This document shows positions 37,906 to 50,985 of a stretch of DNA of 64,000 nucleotides, piece by piece. The position numbers and the translations under genes were made by a program. The stretch comes from Podarcis tiliguerta (Eukaryota). Location of the stretch: assembly GCA_965153285.1 (NCBI GenBank), contig OZ229116.1; one strand, 5' to 3'. Numbering within the stretch: position 1 is the stretch's first letter; each line of letters opens with the position of its first letter. The notes under the pieces were generated by a model. It was not told the origin of the DNA. It saw nothing but the letters and a program-made list of their open reading frames with translations, and ran no database searches.

Positions 37906-38774
37906 AGCAGATGATGGAACTGTCTGTGCTAACTTAGAGAAACATAGAGAGAGGAAACAAAGTCAAATTTCAAAACTATGTTAGAAAAAAAGAAGGTTCA
38001 GCACCAGAAGAGAGATTTATGGTGAACATTTCCAGTTGTAGGAGCAATTCAGACATTGTATAGAACATTGTGCCGTATCATTCTTTGGATATTTTCATGA
38101 AAAAAGTTATAAAACAATCTATTAAGGAGTCTTTAAGTCTGGGGTACATTGTCTTAGATTAGTTTGCTTTCTCTTTCTCTTTCCTACAATATGATATTTT
38201 GATTCAGTGGGGGAACACTGGTGGGAGCAACACTGAAAGAAGAGTGGCCCAGATAAATTGCATGGAATTCATTCTCTTGTTGATCAGGAGGGGTGGAAAT
38301 GTGAGAGGAAAGAGCACCTTCTCAGGCCAAAACACTCCCTTATATACACATCTCCTAAAAACACAGAAACCTATGCTTGCACCATATAACTTGCTGCTTC
38401 TGGTTAGTTAATCAGTTAATCCTACTTCATTACTCATAAGCACTGATAAATTAAGATCCTCACTACAAGTAACACAGAGAAGGATGTATAAGAGAGCATT
38501 TTTAGATTACAATTCTGAAAGTGTGTTTAGGGGCAACACGTTTATGTTAAATGCTCTTAAGTATCTGCTATGAGAGAATGGCCAAGATTGGGATGAGATG
38601 GTGGTTTCATTGGTTTGATGTTGCCTCTGATTCCTGGAATAGGATGGGTGTAGTAATCACGTGATCTGATACTTTGCTGACATAAAAATGCTAAGTTTTG
38701 TCATAGTGCATTCAAGTTGTATGCAAAAATTACTACAGTAAGTCTGGAACGCATCTGGAGAACAATTGCAAATC

Positions 38775-39628
38775 AAGCTAGATGGCTTTCAGGCAAAATT
38801 TTTATGATCTCTGCTGCAGGTACCTAACTGCGTCCCCAACTCCGTACTTCTGTTAGAAGCTGGTGAATGCCCAATTTCAACTAAAGCATGGTGGGCTGCC
38901 CTAAAACATTGGCTCAGGATTTCAGTGCTTAATCTAGGGAAGGGTTTGTACCAACACCTGACCAATGAGTAATTTGTCAGCAAATGGCAGAAAACCATGG
39001 CTAAAAAAGCCACCTCTATTGGTCTGTCTCCCCCCCCCCAACTGTATTACCTGGGTTATGAAGGTGCCCAAAAGATTTTAAAGCGAAGATTATAGGACAA
39101 TGCACACAGTGACTTGCGATCTCGATCACACGCAGTCTGTAGTCCACTGGCAGTAAGAGTTCAATATGGGTATGTCTTTAAGTTAACATCTTACATCAAA
39201 AACCTGACAGTATCTAACTACCGAAGGCTTTTCACCAGACTAAATGTCTTTCCCTCTGCAGTGTTGGATGGTAGGTTGAGAGGAGTTCCTTACCAGGACA
39301 GACTTTGCTCGTGTGCTCAAGACATTGATTCCATAAATCATATTTTGTTGCATTGCGCAAAATATGAGCAGGCCAGGGCTGAACTGATACTACCCTTCCT
39401 GGTACCTTTCCCGGGAAAATCAGAGGCTCACTATGTCAGGTTCCTACTGGAAGTCCGGACAAATGCTAGAACGTTAGCAGTGGCAAAGTTTTTATCGGTG
39501 GTTGCAAGAACAAATGAGCCCTATATTCTAATCAAAATGCTTGATTAACCTGGAGGTAGGCTGTATGAATTGTGTTTTGATTTGTAATGATTTGTTGTGT
39601 CTCTGGACCGTAATAAAGATTGATGATG
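38775..39628 (+). mobile_element. 5'-truncated non-LTR retrotransposon (RTEX/L2-like C-terminal zinc knuckle)
   Basis: ORF 39114..39548 contains GR..GVPYQDRLCSC...HILLHC..Y...R. AATAAA plus (GAT)n tail. 13-bp TSD ACAATTGCAAATC (38762-38774 and 39629-39641). Confidence 0.8.
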
Positions 39629-39760
39629 ACAATTGCAAATCCAACCAAATGACAGGTTTGAGCACGGTTTTAACGACAGGCTTTAAAAGGAAACAGTTGT
39701 AGATGGTCTACACAGAAACCTAGGAGGATGCAACAAAGAAATAAAATTGAATCCATGTCA

Positions 39761-39913
39761 TAGGGTTGCCATATGTCCTCTTTTGCCAGGACATGTCCTC
39801 TTTTTCATGGGAATGTAAAATGAGAGTCATCATTTTACATACATTAAAACATTAGTTAAAAGTAGAGGTTAGTAAATGTGTCCTCTTTTTTCTATTCAAA
39901 ATATGGCAACCCA
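39761..39913. mobile_element. hAT-type MITE
   Basis: TIRs TAGGGTTGCCATAT / ATATGGCAACCC with subterminal TGTCCTCTTTT repeats. Confidence 0.7.
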
Positions 39914-41226
39914 GGAAGATAAAAAAATGGTAAGAGGACCACAAGAAACAAATGAATGGAACAGAGATGGATCAGGTGGACTGAGTATTTCAAGGAGAAG
40001 AATAGCTGACAAAGTGCAAATAGAAGAATGGCAATAGAATGAAAAATTGTAAAACAAAATTATAATTTAATGGCAGTATGCCATAAATAGAACTTCCGGT
40101 ATAGATGAGATGTATCAGAAAATGGAATCACAATGTGTAGTTTTTGTTCTCACTCTTACATTTAGCCTTATTTTGATTTACAGTATTTACAGCACACTCT
40201 TCATTGAATATTTTCAGTCCCAATGACTTGAGTCCCCTAAAGTTTATACCATAACAAATATGTTTGGGTTGCATCCAATGCTTATGTTTCTTCTCCTCTC
40301 CCCTCCCTGCAGTCCTTCCTCTGCTGTGGAGGGTTCCCCAACTGTCCTAATAAACAGTATTTAAGAGATCAGCTTGGCCCTACAACACTGAAAAATGGCA
40401 AAGCCCAACCCCTGCCCCAAATGAGGAAGCAACTGCAAATGAAGAAAGAAATGGCCAGTTTGCAACTAAAGCAGCATGCTGGCCATTACTTTTGATGGGA
40501 ATCCCTGAAAAACTTCCCCTATACTTTTCCATCCCCCAGAGCTCCAGCTTACAACTAGCTGCTCTATAGAGCTTAGCTAATTTGAAGGCTGGGTGATGGG
40601 AGAAGATAGAGGGCAGGAGAAGGCAAAGCCACACATAAAATGATGGCCAGCACATTGCATTTGTGTGCACCTGAGGATATGGCAGGAAAGAGGAGTGGAA
40701 GCAAGTAAGAAGCTTGCAGACAGATGCATCCTAAATATAATTATTCTTAAATCGTTCAGCACTTCTGCACACTACTTCTGGAAACCTCAATAAAGCTACT
40801 CCTTATGGACATCATTACTTTGAAAGTCCAAGACACTGAGACTGCAGTCTTACACATGTTCACTTCACCTGGAGTTCCTTTTGAGTAGACATGCATGGGA
40901 TCCCTCTGTTAACTTCCAATGTCATAAATACCACAGAACTGGTTTAGTAGTCCTACTGAGAAAAGCAAAGCTACTTGGATCCAATGCTTAGATATTTTTG
41001 CCTTGACACTGTAAACCTTACTCTTTTATCATGCATAAATCAGTAGACGGTTCATGAGGGGCCCAATAAATAAGGCTGAGCTACTGCTTTCCAGATTTAA
41101 ATAACTCATTTTTCAGTAAACATATATGTCAGAGAAAATGAATTCTCCTCCATATAATGTTTCAGTGTCAGTTATGGTAAAAGATCATGCAGCGTGCAAT
41201 GAAAAATATTCTGGAATAAACCCTAC

Positions 41227-43647
41227 CTTATCATCACTTGCCATCTCAGAAATTAAATTGCTTCCTCCGTTGCCTGTAAAAGGCACAGCAGGTTTCTCAC
41301 TGCCAAGAATATTGTCTACCATCTGAACATTGGGTGTCAGGAAGGCAAACTCATTCTTCCTGGTCTCAGAAGACAGACACAGCTGGTAGGAATAGGGCAA
41401 AGTCCCATCTTCAAAGTTGGGTGGGAAGATGGCACCATTCTTGGAATGGGGAACAGGACCAAAGCACTGTAGGAACCTGGGATGCCCTGACTGACGGAGC
41501 TTCATTGTAACGGCCAGAATCACGGTCAAGAGGAACAAGAAGGAGATCACAGCTAAGGCCAGCACCAAGTAGAACTGCAGGTCAGACTGATACTCCGAGC
41601 TGATGGGTTGGCTCTTCATTTCCGGAAGGGCCTCCTGAAAGTTCTCAGCAAACACCAGGTTCAGGGTCATGGTGGCCGAGAGAGACGGCTGCCCGTTATC
41701 CTTCACCATAATGACCAGTCTCTGTTTCACAGCGTCTCTCTCCACAAAGGCCCTGGCGGTCCTGATCTCTCCAGTATGAGAACCAACTGTGAAGAGTGCC
41801 GGCTCAGTGGCCTGAGTCAGGTGGTAGGAGAGCCAGGCGTTGTGTCCAGAATCTGCATCCACGGCCACCACCTTGGTGACAAGATAATCTGCCTCGGCCG
41901 AACGAGGCACCATCTCAAACAAGGCTGAGCCCTTGGCTTCTTGTGAGGGGGACAGGATACGAGGGCTGTTATCATTCCTGTCAAGAACAAACACCCTGAC
42001 GGTCACATTGCTGCTGAGAGGGGGAGAACCCCCATCTTGGGCCTTCACTTGCACCCGAAACTCTCTGAATTGTTCATAGTCAAAGGATCTCTGGGCATAG
42101 ATGGTGCCGGTCTCAGAATTAATGGAGATATAGGAGGAGATGGGAAGCTCCTCGATGTTGCTGTTGAGGATGGAGTATGTGATCCGTGAGTTCTGGTCCA
42201 TATCAGGATCAGAGGCTTTGATGGTGAAAATGGAGGCACCTGAAGGATTGTTTTCTGGCACATAGATGTTGTAGGATGGCTTCTGAAAGGTAGGGGCATT
42301 ATCATTGATATCTGAGATCTGTAGTAAGATTGTTTTGTGTGTGGAAAGAGGTGGAGTTCCTTTATCAGTGGCTGTGATTGTAATATTATATGCAGGAGCT
42401 ATTTCTCTGTCCAAAGGACTGTCTGTCTGGAGTTTGAAGTAATTGTTAGATGAGGGAAGAACTTTGAAGGGTAAATCATCGTTTAAGTAGCAAGTAACCT
42501 TCCCATTATCACCACTATCTTTGTCATTCACATTAATCAGAGCAATTACAGTTCCCGGCAGAGAATCTTCAGGAACGGGGCTGAACATGGAGGCTAAAGT
42601 CACCTCTGGGGCATTATCATTCTCATCAAGCACAGTTATTTCAATATTGCAATGTGTCAACAATCCGCCACCATCTTTTGCTGTAACCATCATTGTATAT
42701 TTTTCAGTTTCCTCAAAGTCCAACGGATCTATAAGAGTGATTGTACCGTTGATTGGATCCAGTCTGAATTTCAATTGGACATTTGCTGGTATATTGCTGA
42801 AATGATACCTGATTTGGGCATTTGTACCTTCATCTTTATCTGAGGCTGCAACCTGAACCACAGGAGATCCAAGGGGAGTATTCTCCCTCAAACTGACCTT
42901 GTACACCTCTTGAGTGAAAACGGGTCGGTTGTCATTCACATCAGTAACATTAATCCGTATCTGGGCTGTTCCAGTTTTCCTAGGCTGACCCCCATCCAAG
43001 GCTGTAAGGATTAAGTGAAGGGTCTGTTCATTTTCCCGATCCAGTGGTTTATTTAGCACTAATTCTGCATAACTATTTCCATCTTTTCTCTCTCTAACTT
43101 CCAAAGTGAAGTACTGATTGGAGCTCAGCTGGTAATCCTGGAGAGAGTTCATCCCAATGTCAGGATCTTCCGCCTTCCCAAGGAGAAACTGTGTACCTAG
43201 CAGAGTGGATTCAAGGATCTCTAAACTGATATTGCTATTCAGGAACTGGGGTGCATTATCATTAACATCCTGGATTTCTACTGTGACATGGAAAACATTC
43301 AGCGGATTTTCCACCACAACTTCAAACTGAACAAAGCAATGTGGATTTTTGCCACATACCCCCTCCCTATCAACCCTGTCATTTACATAGAGGTTTCCAT
43401 TCTCTGCATTGATACTGAAATGCTGCATTTTAGCCACAGACACAGTGTGCAGATTGCGATGTCTTAGTTCTTTGGTGCTCAGTCCCAGGTCCTTGGCGAG
43501 GTTCCCCACAACGGAACCCTTTGCCATCTCCTCAGGGGTTGAATAATGAATCTGCTCTGATGCAGCCCAACAGGTAAAAGACAAGAGAGAGAGAAGCAGT
43601 ACTTGCCTTGTGAGCGCCCTGCCATTCCCTCTGTGCCTTCTCTCCAT
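41227..43647 (-). CDS. Protocadherin gammaB-like variable exon (X')
   Basis: ORF 41185..43647. Six EC repeats, [23 protein letters not shown] motif. Donor AAG|GTAGGG at 41227/41226, 807 codons. Confidence 0.94.
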
Positions 43648-43922
43648 CTGGCTGGTTCTCTCAAAAACAGGCTGCTTCCTTTTCTCAGTTTCCTATGCTT
43701 AAGCTCTCACAGTGATGAAGGAAACAACATGAGGTATCACTGAGGAAGAATAAACTGCCCTTGTTCTCATATGTGTGCAAAGCAAAAGAGATTTTTCCTT
43801 CTCTGCAAGAGTTCCCTGTCTCTGTGCTCTTCAGTTGGCCTGATCTGAATAACAGTGATGGGAGTTACTGCAGTCTAGGAAGCATCACTGGATCTCTATC
43901 CTCCCTCTGGCTCTCATACTGG

Positions 43923-43960
43923 CCAACACTGACACTTAGAGGACTACTGAAGGAACTGCA
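43923..43960 (-). promoter_or_regulatory. CSE / CTCF site, variant without the CpG (CAGT instead of CGCT)
   Basis: Minus strand TGCAGTTCCTTCAGTAGTCCTCTAAGTGTCAGTGTTGG, same 38-bp architecture as the other sites. Confidence 0.75.
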
Positions 43961-44210
43961 AGGAAAACCATGTTCACCATAACATAGAAAGATGGAACTG
44001 AAAGAATGTACACGTTTCTACAATGTGAACTTTCTCTTTAGCCAACTGCAAGTGGGGCATTTGAAAAAGCTTTTCCTTGTTTCACCTTTGTTTAGCATAT
44101 TTATTACTTATTACTTTTATTGTCCACACCTTCAGCAACAAAGGCTTCCAGGGTGGAGTACAGGTCCAAAACAGCAATATAAATAAAACAAAAATAAAAT
44201 AAACTACACT

Positions 44211-44394
44211 CATAGAATCATAGAGTTGGAAGAGACCACAAGGGCCATCAAGTCCAACCCCCTGCCCAGCAGGATACACCATCAGAGCACTCCTGACATT
44301 TGGTTGTCAAGCCTCTGCTTAAAGACCTCCAAAGAAGGAGACTCCACCACACTCCTTGGCAGCAAATTCCACTGTTGAACAGCTCTTACTGTCA
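44211..44394 (-). mobile_element. CR1 LINE 3' end
   Basis: Reverse complement nearly matches 52287-52468, with the CATAGAATCATAGA terminal repeat. Confidence 0.9.
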
Positions 44395-44397
44395 TAA

Positions 44398-44571
44398 TAG
44401 AGACCAACTAAGTTTGTTATTGATATGAGCTTTCATGTGCATGCACACTTCTTTGTGTATGCACACAAAAGCTCATACCAATAACAAACTTAGTTGGTCT
44501 CTAAGGTGCTACTGGAAGGAAATTTTTTATTTTGTTCCAACTACGGCAGACCAATACAGCTACCTACCTGT
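44398..44571. mobile_element. Penelope-like element terminal remnant forming a hairpin with ~50 bp arms (44398-44503)
   Basis: Inverted arms TAGAGACCAACTAAGTTTGTTATTG...CAATAACAAACTTAGTTGGTCTCTA, then AGGTGCTACTGG. Contains a GTGCATGCACA..GAAAGCTCATA motif like vertebrate Penelope pLTRs (recalled). Confidence 0.65.
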
Positions 44572-46446
44572 AACTACACTCATAATGTTTGGTTATGAAT
44601 AGATTTCATTTATTTTCTAACTGGCCTCAATCCAGCTCCCTTTCAAAATGGGATTGGTGGCTCTGGCAGATTTTCATTATTCCCCTTACACATACATGCA
44701 AAAGAAGCACAAACTATCCCTTTTTAAATGCAATGGAAGGCCCTTTGAGATACTAGGTGTGGATAAACTTCTGGATAATCCCCCCCCCCCACTTCATTCA
44801 GTTCCCTTCAGCAACAAAGTGAAGAATGGGCTCTCTTTTCCCTGCTACTCTTCTCAGTAACCTCAGTTCATGGTAGATGTGGGCAGAGATGGCAGTTAGA
44901 GTTTTGCAGACATATTCAAAGGAAGATTCCTCTTTTGCCTTCCTTGTCAATAATGGGTGTAGCTTCTTCATGCACTAGGACTTTGACTGAGGAGCTCCCA
45001 GAAGAGGCCAGTGGCGCTCTCCAAGGTCTTCAGCAAAGGAGTCAGAAGACAGCAGAGGAACACAGAGGCTAGAGCTACTTTCAGTGGCTTTCTAGATAGT
45101 ACTGTGAAAATTGAGATTGCATCTGGGACTGTAGTTTCACTTACATGAAGATGATACTCATATCCACTTTTTATTGGTAATATGGTGATATTGTTTTTAT
45201 ATATACTTGTGTACAGTTATAACAAGTATATTTAACGTTCCCCCATCATATTACATTTCTGTGTTGCACAAATGAACTGTGCCATTAATTTGAAGCAGAG
45301 AATTGAATCCTGTCATGGTAAACAGTGTGGGGTGGTTTCATGGTTTGAGAGTTTCTTTATCACCAGTAGTTGCTGATCCTTGGTGATACTTCCAAGTGAA
45401 GAGCCTTCCACCATTTCCTCAGGGAAAAAGTGGCGAATCTTCAAGGAGTGGTAATGAGTTGACAATGTTAACAGATAAAAGAGACAGCGTGTGATAAAAG
45501 ATTTGTCAGTCTAAGGTGTTAGAAGGGAGATCTTTAGATTCTGAGGTATAAATAGGACCAATGTGAGCAATTTTGTTAGCAGGTTTTATTGAAAATATGC
45601 CACCGTGGTCTTTAGGAGGTAGCTTGCTTTGGGTGGTGGGGATAGATTGAGTTGTAACTTCCTGTCAACAGCTAAAACAATCCTGCGTGGCACCCCCATG
45701 CAATTTCAGCGAACAAAGAATCTCTCTTTGCTGCTCCTAAGACAAATCATAGAAATGCAAACGGGCCTTGTGCCATGTTCAGACATATTCAACAAAAGCC
45801 TGACATTCTTTATAAAGTTATCTAACTCCATCCAGAAATGAAAGATTTTCATTGCTCTCATAGCTTCTCTCATTCATATTGCAGAAAGTTTTTTTTTTAA
45901 TCATATAAAATACAAGGATGATAAATATACAATTACATATGGCTTGAGCTAACTGGAGGCAACTATAGGAGGACACACATCAAAACCACACCCCCCCCCC
46001 CCACCGTTGGGACTTTGCAGAGTTATGCGGCCACTGCCAGATCCACAGCCCTGCTGTTCACATTAGCCATAGCAGAATATGGAGATCCAGAATGACCTGG
46101 TCCGAGTCTGTTGCATGACTGCAGCAAGACTGGCTCAGGATACAGCAGTCACTGGGCCAGCTCAGCCATGTCCCTGCCCTCAGAATGCCCCATTTGGGGC
46201 TCTCCATTGGCTCCTGCACATCCAGCAGGTAGAAGGTGATGTCAGCTGAGCTGAGAGAGCCAGGCAGGGGGACCTCTCTGCCTAATCCAACTCTGTTCCC
46301 TGGCTCAGTGGAAATGGGGGTTGAATTGCTTTGTGTATCATCACTGGCTTATTAAAATACCTGTCTGACCTCTTTAGACTATCAGATGATGCCAAATACT
46401 ATTGCTCAAAATGTGAAATAAATTTGCCTTGTTATAATATCCTACT

Positions 46447-46783
46447 TGAGAGTCCCATGGACTGCAAGAAGATCAAACCTATCCATTCTGAAGGAAATCA
46501 GCCCTGAGTGCTCACTGGAAGGACAGATCGTGAAGCTGAGGCTCCAGTACTTTGGCCACCTCATGAGAAGAGAAGATTCCCTGGAAAAGACCCTGATGTT
46601 GGGAAAGATGGAGGGCACAAGGAGAAGGGGACGGCAGAGGACGAGATGGTGGGACAGTGTTCTCAAAGCTACCAGCATGAGTTTGACCAAACTGCAGGAG
46701 GCAGTGGAAGACAGGAGTGCCTGGCGTGCTCTGGTCCATGGGGTCACAAAGAGTCGGACACGACTAAACGACTAAACAACAAC
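46447..46783 (+). mobile_element. BovB (RTE) LINE 3' end
   Basis: RVPWTARRSNLSILKEISPECSLEGQIVKLRLQYFGHLMRREDSLEKTLMLGK C-terminus, (CAA)n tail, 11-bp TSD AATATCCTACT (46436-46446 and 46784-46794). Confidence 0.95.
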
Positions 46784-48011
46784 AATATCCTACTACACTA
46801 ATATTTAACACACCATTGTTTTCTATATGATGAAATTCTGGGAGACTGAACCAAGGGAAGGGAAAGGGCAGGGAGCCATTCCCCACTGGCAGAGACAATA
46901 CTTGGCCATTATATGGCACTTCTGAGTGTTAGGCCAGTGTTATTTATTGCACTGGTATTACAGATTTGCAGCTGAGAATGAGAAAAAGTGACATGCCTAA
47001 TGAGGGCAAAAGTATATGTGGCTTTAAATGTTTTATTACGCTGAATGAGAATGCATTCTTAATGGAAATAGATGTCACTGGGGGAGCAGGATCATGACCA
47101 CGGGTGCAGAGACAGTATCAATGGGACCATTCTTCTTCTCAGTGCAAATAACGAAGTGGGTTAGGATTTTTCTTGCAACCCTGCTCTTGCTGCACCATCA
47201 AGGGATCTATTTCCATTTTTAAATGCAATAAATCATTTAATGTCACCAAAAAGCGCCAAAATTCAAATTACAGATCGCATGCCTTTCAGCTCACATACTT
47301 GGCAAATAAACTAGATGAGTTCTTACTTAGTATACAGGTTTAATTCCTGATATCTCCAGTTTTTTTAAAACATCTAATAAAACTAGGCTGAGAAACACCT
47401 GAGCTGTTACCTACTGCTCATAAGGCTGGATACTACTAATTAGATAGATTATTGACCCTGTTTAGTAAACACACAACTGATCTATCCATATGAGTAAAGA
47501 CATAAACTATTTCAGACACAGAATTAGAGGGCAGTAAATAAAAGTTCAAATATTTTGGGAAGCCTGGATTTTCCACGGATACTATTATTTGAGAACTAAA
47601 TAACCTTTCCAAGAGTCAAGAAGGTCAAGAAAGAAGCTCCGAAAGAAGCATTCAATTTAAACAAGAGAACCATCACAATCATGCAAAAATTGCTGAACAA
47701 GAAAATATATGAATATCTCTAATATTTGTCTCATGGTTGCTCTTTAAGCACTTAAGCTCTTGTGGGACAAGCTGTTTACAATTTTCCTATCTCTACATGC
47801 ATTTGCTTGTAGCAGAAACAACCACATATACAAAAAGTAATCTATGTGAACTCCCAAACCTCATTTTATCTGAAGAGAACAAGTATAAATAAGAGAATAT
47901 GTCTCCAGTTCCATTTCTTCAGAACAAGTGCAAAACAAATAATATAAATGGCATTAACGTCTAACTGAAAATATAAAGTGAAAAACCTTTGATTTGTTAG
48001 CAAGACTTCAC

Positions 48012-50423
48012 CTGTATATTGGCTGAATCCCCATTACTGTTTGCAATCTCTTCAGCTATGAGAAAGGGATCATTTATCTCACAGGGCTGGTGACTGGTCA
48101 TAGTATTGGAAATATTTCCCTTGGGAAATCCGAAATTGCTCTTCCTAGAGTCTGTAGTGAGAGAAACCTCCTGGCAGTAGGAGTGCAGAAATGCTCGGAC
48201 TCCGTCAATCCCCACAAACTGGGAAACTGGAACTCCACTAAACTTCTCAGTTCCAGACTGTGAATATCTCCACCTATGAAGTTTAACTGCCAGTAACACA
48301 AAGAGGAAGATGAAGAACAAGCAGGAGACAAAAGCCACTGCAAGGACCAGGTAGAAGGTGAGGTCAGACGGAGGCTCTACAGGAGCTGAAATGCTGCTCA
48401 GGTCTGAGAGGATTGCAGGGATGGTGTCAGCCAGCACCACAGTCAGAGTGGCTGAAGCAGAGAGAGGTGGCTGCCCATTGTCCTTGACTAAAACCACCAG
48501 GCTTTGCTTGAGGGCATCTTTCTCCAGGAAGAAGCGGGCCGTCCTGATCTCACCCGTGTGGAGCCCCAGAGTGAAGAGCCCTGGCTCGGTGGCCTTCATC
48601 AGCTGGTAGGAGAGCCAGGCATTCTGGCCAGAGTCTGCATCCACGGCCACCACCTTAGTGACCAGGTAGCCTGGCTCTGAGGAGCGAGGGGCCAGCTCTA
48701 TCCCTGTGGAGCCGTCGGTGGGAGGGGAGGGGTACAGGATTTGGGGAGCATTGTCATTCTGGTCCAGGATGAAGAGAGTCACTGAGACGTTGGAGCTGAG
48801 TGGTGGAGAACCTCCATCCTGGGCCTTGACCAGGAACTTAATCTCCCTCATCTCCTCATAATCAAAAGAGATCAGGCCATAGACAATCCCAGTCTCAGAG
48901 TTAATGGAGAGGAAGGAAGATACTGGGGAGTCACTGATGTTGTGCTCAGTGATGGAATAAGTGACTCTGGAGTTCTCTCCACAGTCTGGATCATCAGCCT
49001 TCAGGGAAAATATGGAGGCCCCTCTTGGGTTGTTCTCCATTAAATAAGAAGTATAAACGGATTGCAGGAAGTGTGGAGGGTTGTCATTTGTGTCTAAAAT
49101 CTCAAGTGGAATAACAATCGATGTGGAAAGTGGAGGGGTCCCGTGATCCGTGACTGTGACAGTGATGTTGTAGGCTGCCACCTGCTCTCTGTCCAGGGCT
49201 CTTGCTGTCACCAAACTGTAGTAGTTGCCATAGGCTTTTGTCAGTAGAAATGGGAGGTTACTGGGGATAGAGCACGTGACTTCTGCATTTTCTGCCGAAT
49301 CCTCATCTTGCACATTCAGCAGGGCTATTGCAGTCGCTGGTGGAGAGTTCTCAGGGATGGAGCTGATAAGTGAAGTTATTTCCAGTTTGGGTGCATTGTC
49401 ATTTACATCAGTAACAAATACTATGACAGTTGAAGTGTCAAATAGACCTCCATTATCATGGACTTGGACCTCCATTTCATAAAGAGCAGAGTCTTCGTAG
49501 TCTAAGCTTCCTATGAGAGTTATCTCACCTGTGTGTGTATCTAAGTGAAATATCTGGGAAATCTTTTCCGTGATTTTTGCAAATGAAAATGTCATTTCTT
49601 TGTTGGTCCCTTCATCCAAATCAGTAGCTTTTAATGTAACCACAATGGTTCCTATAGGTAAATCCTCCCTTGCGCTCACTTCATAAATGCGTTGGCTAAA
49701 AATTGGTGCATTGTCATTCACATCCAGGACTGTAATGTGCAGCTGTGCAGTGCCACTCCTGACTGGATCACCACCATCATATGCGGTAATGATAAGATTA
49801 TGAACTGCTTCTTTTTCATGGTCCAGAGGTCTTTCCAACACAATTTTTCCATATTGTTTGCCCTTAACTGATGTTTGGAGAATCAAAGAAAAATGGCTAT
49901 TGTTGCTGAGTTTGTACCCCTGTAGAGAATTGTTTCCTAAGTCAGGATCTTGAGCTTCCAAGAGGGGAAACTGGGACCCCAAAGCTGCATTCTCGCTGAT
50001 ATTTATCACTAATTTCTCTGACGGGAAGGTGGGCGCATGGTCATTGATATCTGTGACTTCCACTTCAACTCCATAAATTTTCATTGAATCTTCAACTATA
50101 ATCTCAAAATTCAAAATACATTTCTCTTCCTGACCACAGATCTCCTCTCTGTCTATTCTCTTTGTGGTGTGCAATTGGCCACTCTTATAATTCAAAGCAA
50201 AATACTGAGTCCTACCTGGGGAAACAATGCGAATTCCACGATCTGAGAGCTCCTTTGCGTCCAGTCCAAGATCCCTTGCAATATTCCCCACCAAAAAGCC
50301 TCTCTCAGTTTCTTCAGGAATGGAGTACTGGATCTGTCTGGTGATGGCTTGGCAGATGTTAGCAAATAGAAATAAAAAGAAGACTCTCCTTTTGCAAGCT
50401 TGAGGATACTTTGCTGTTGCCAT
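48012..50423 (-). CDS. Protocadherin gammaA-like variable exon
   Basis: Within ORF 47997..50516. ATG at 50423 (MATAKYPQ). Six EC repeats. gammaA-diagnostic [14 protein letters not shown] and [23 protein letters not shown]. Donor CAG|GTGAAG at 48012/48011, 804 codons. Confidence 0.94.
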
Positions 50424-50613
50424 TCCTGGTCTGATATGAAGCTGTTGGGGAGATCTGTGATTCAGGATGACGGAGTGTTGCCAGAAAAGGTCTTGCAGCT
50501 GAGATTCCCAACGCAAAAATGTTCACTGAAACTCTGATCTCTCAGCATTTTCTGAGCTGAGCTGCTCATCTGGGAAGGCTGAATTTCTCAGTGCATTTCT
50601 TAGCCTTGGTTGG

Positions 50614-50650
50614 TCAACAGCGACACTCAGAGTCACAGCCAGGAACTGCA
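50614..50650 (-). promoter_or_regulatory. CSE / CTCF site
   Basis: Minus strand TGCAGTTCCTGGCTGTGACTCTGAGTGTCGCTGTTGA(CCAA). Confidence 0.85.
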
Positions 50651-50844
50651 CACACTACATTTTTTGTTTCGATTCTCATTGTATATCCAACTCCGTGTGT
50701 GTGTGTGTATTTAAATATAATGAGAAATATTTAAATACAATGCACAAAATAATTACTAACCTGTTTTATCACTGAATGCCATACTCATGTTTCCTTGCTC
50801 TTTCAATTTAATGCATTTATTTGCATCAATACACAAGACATATA

Positions 50845-50985
50845 ATAGGATCACAGATTTGGAAGGCACCACGAAGGTGATCTAGTCCAATCCCCTGCAA
50901 TTCAGGAATCTTTTTGTCCCACATGGGGCTCAAACCCACATCCCTGAGATTAAAAGTCTCATACTCTACTGGCTGAGCTATCCCA
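50845..50985 (-). mobile_element. tRNA-derived SINE with CR1-type tail (Squam2-like)
   Basis: Minus strand GGGATAGCTCAGCCAGTAGAG...GTGGGTTTGAGCCCCA tRNA-like head plus CR1 3' motif TTGGACTAGATCACC...CCTTCCAAATC. Confidence 0.7.

Noticed and set aside
46221-46270. DITFYLL / AWLS-like snippet
   Set aside because: Too short, and the flanks are not cadherin-like
50920-50985. tRNA-like sequence
   Set aside because: Degenerate SINE head fused to a CR1 tail, not a tRNA gene
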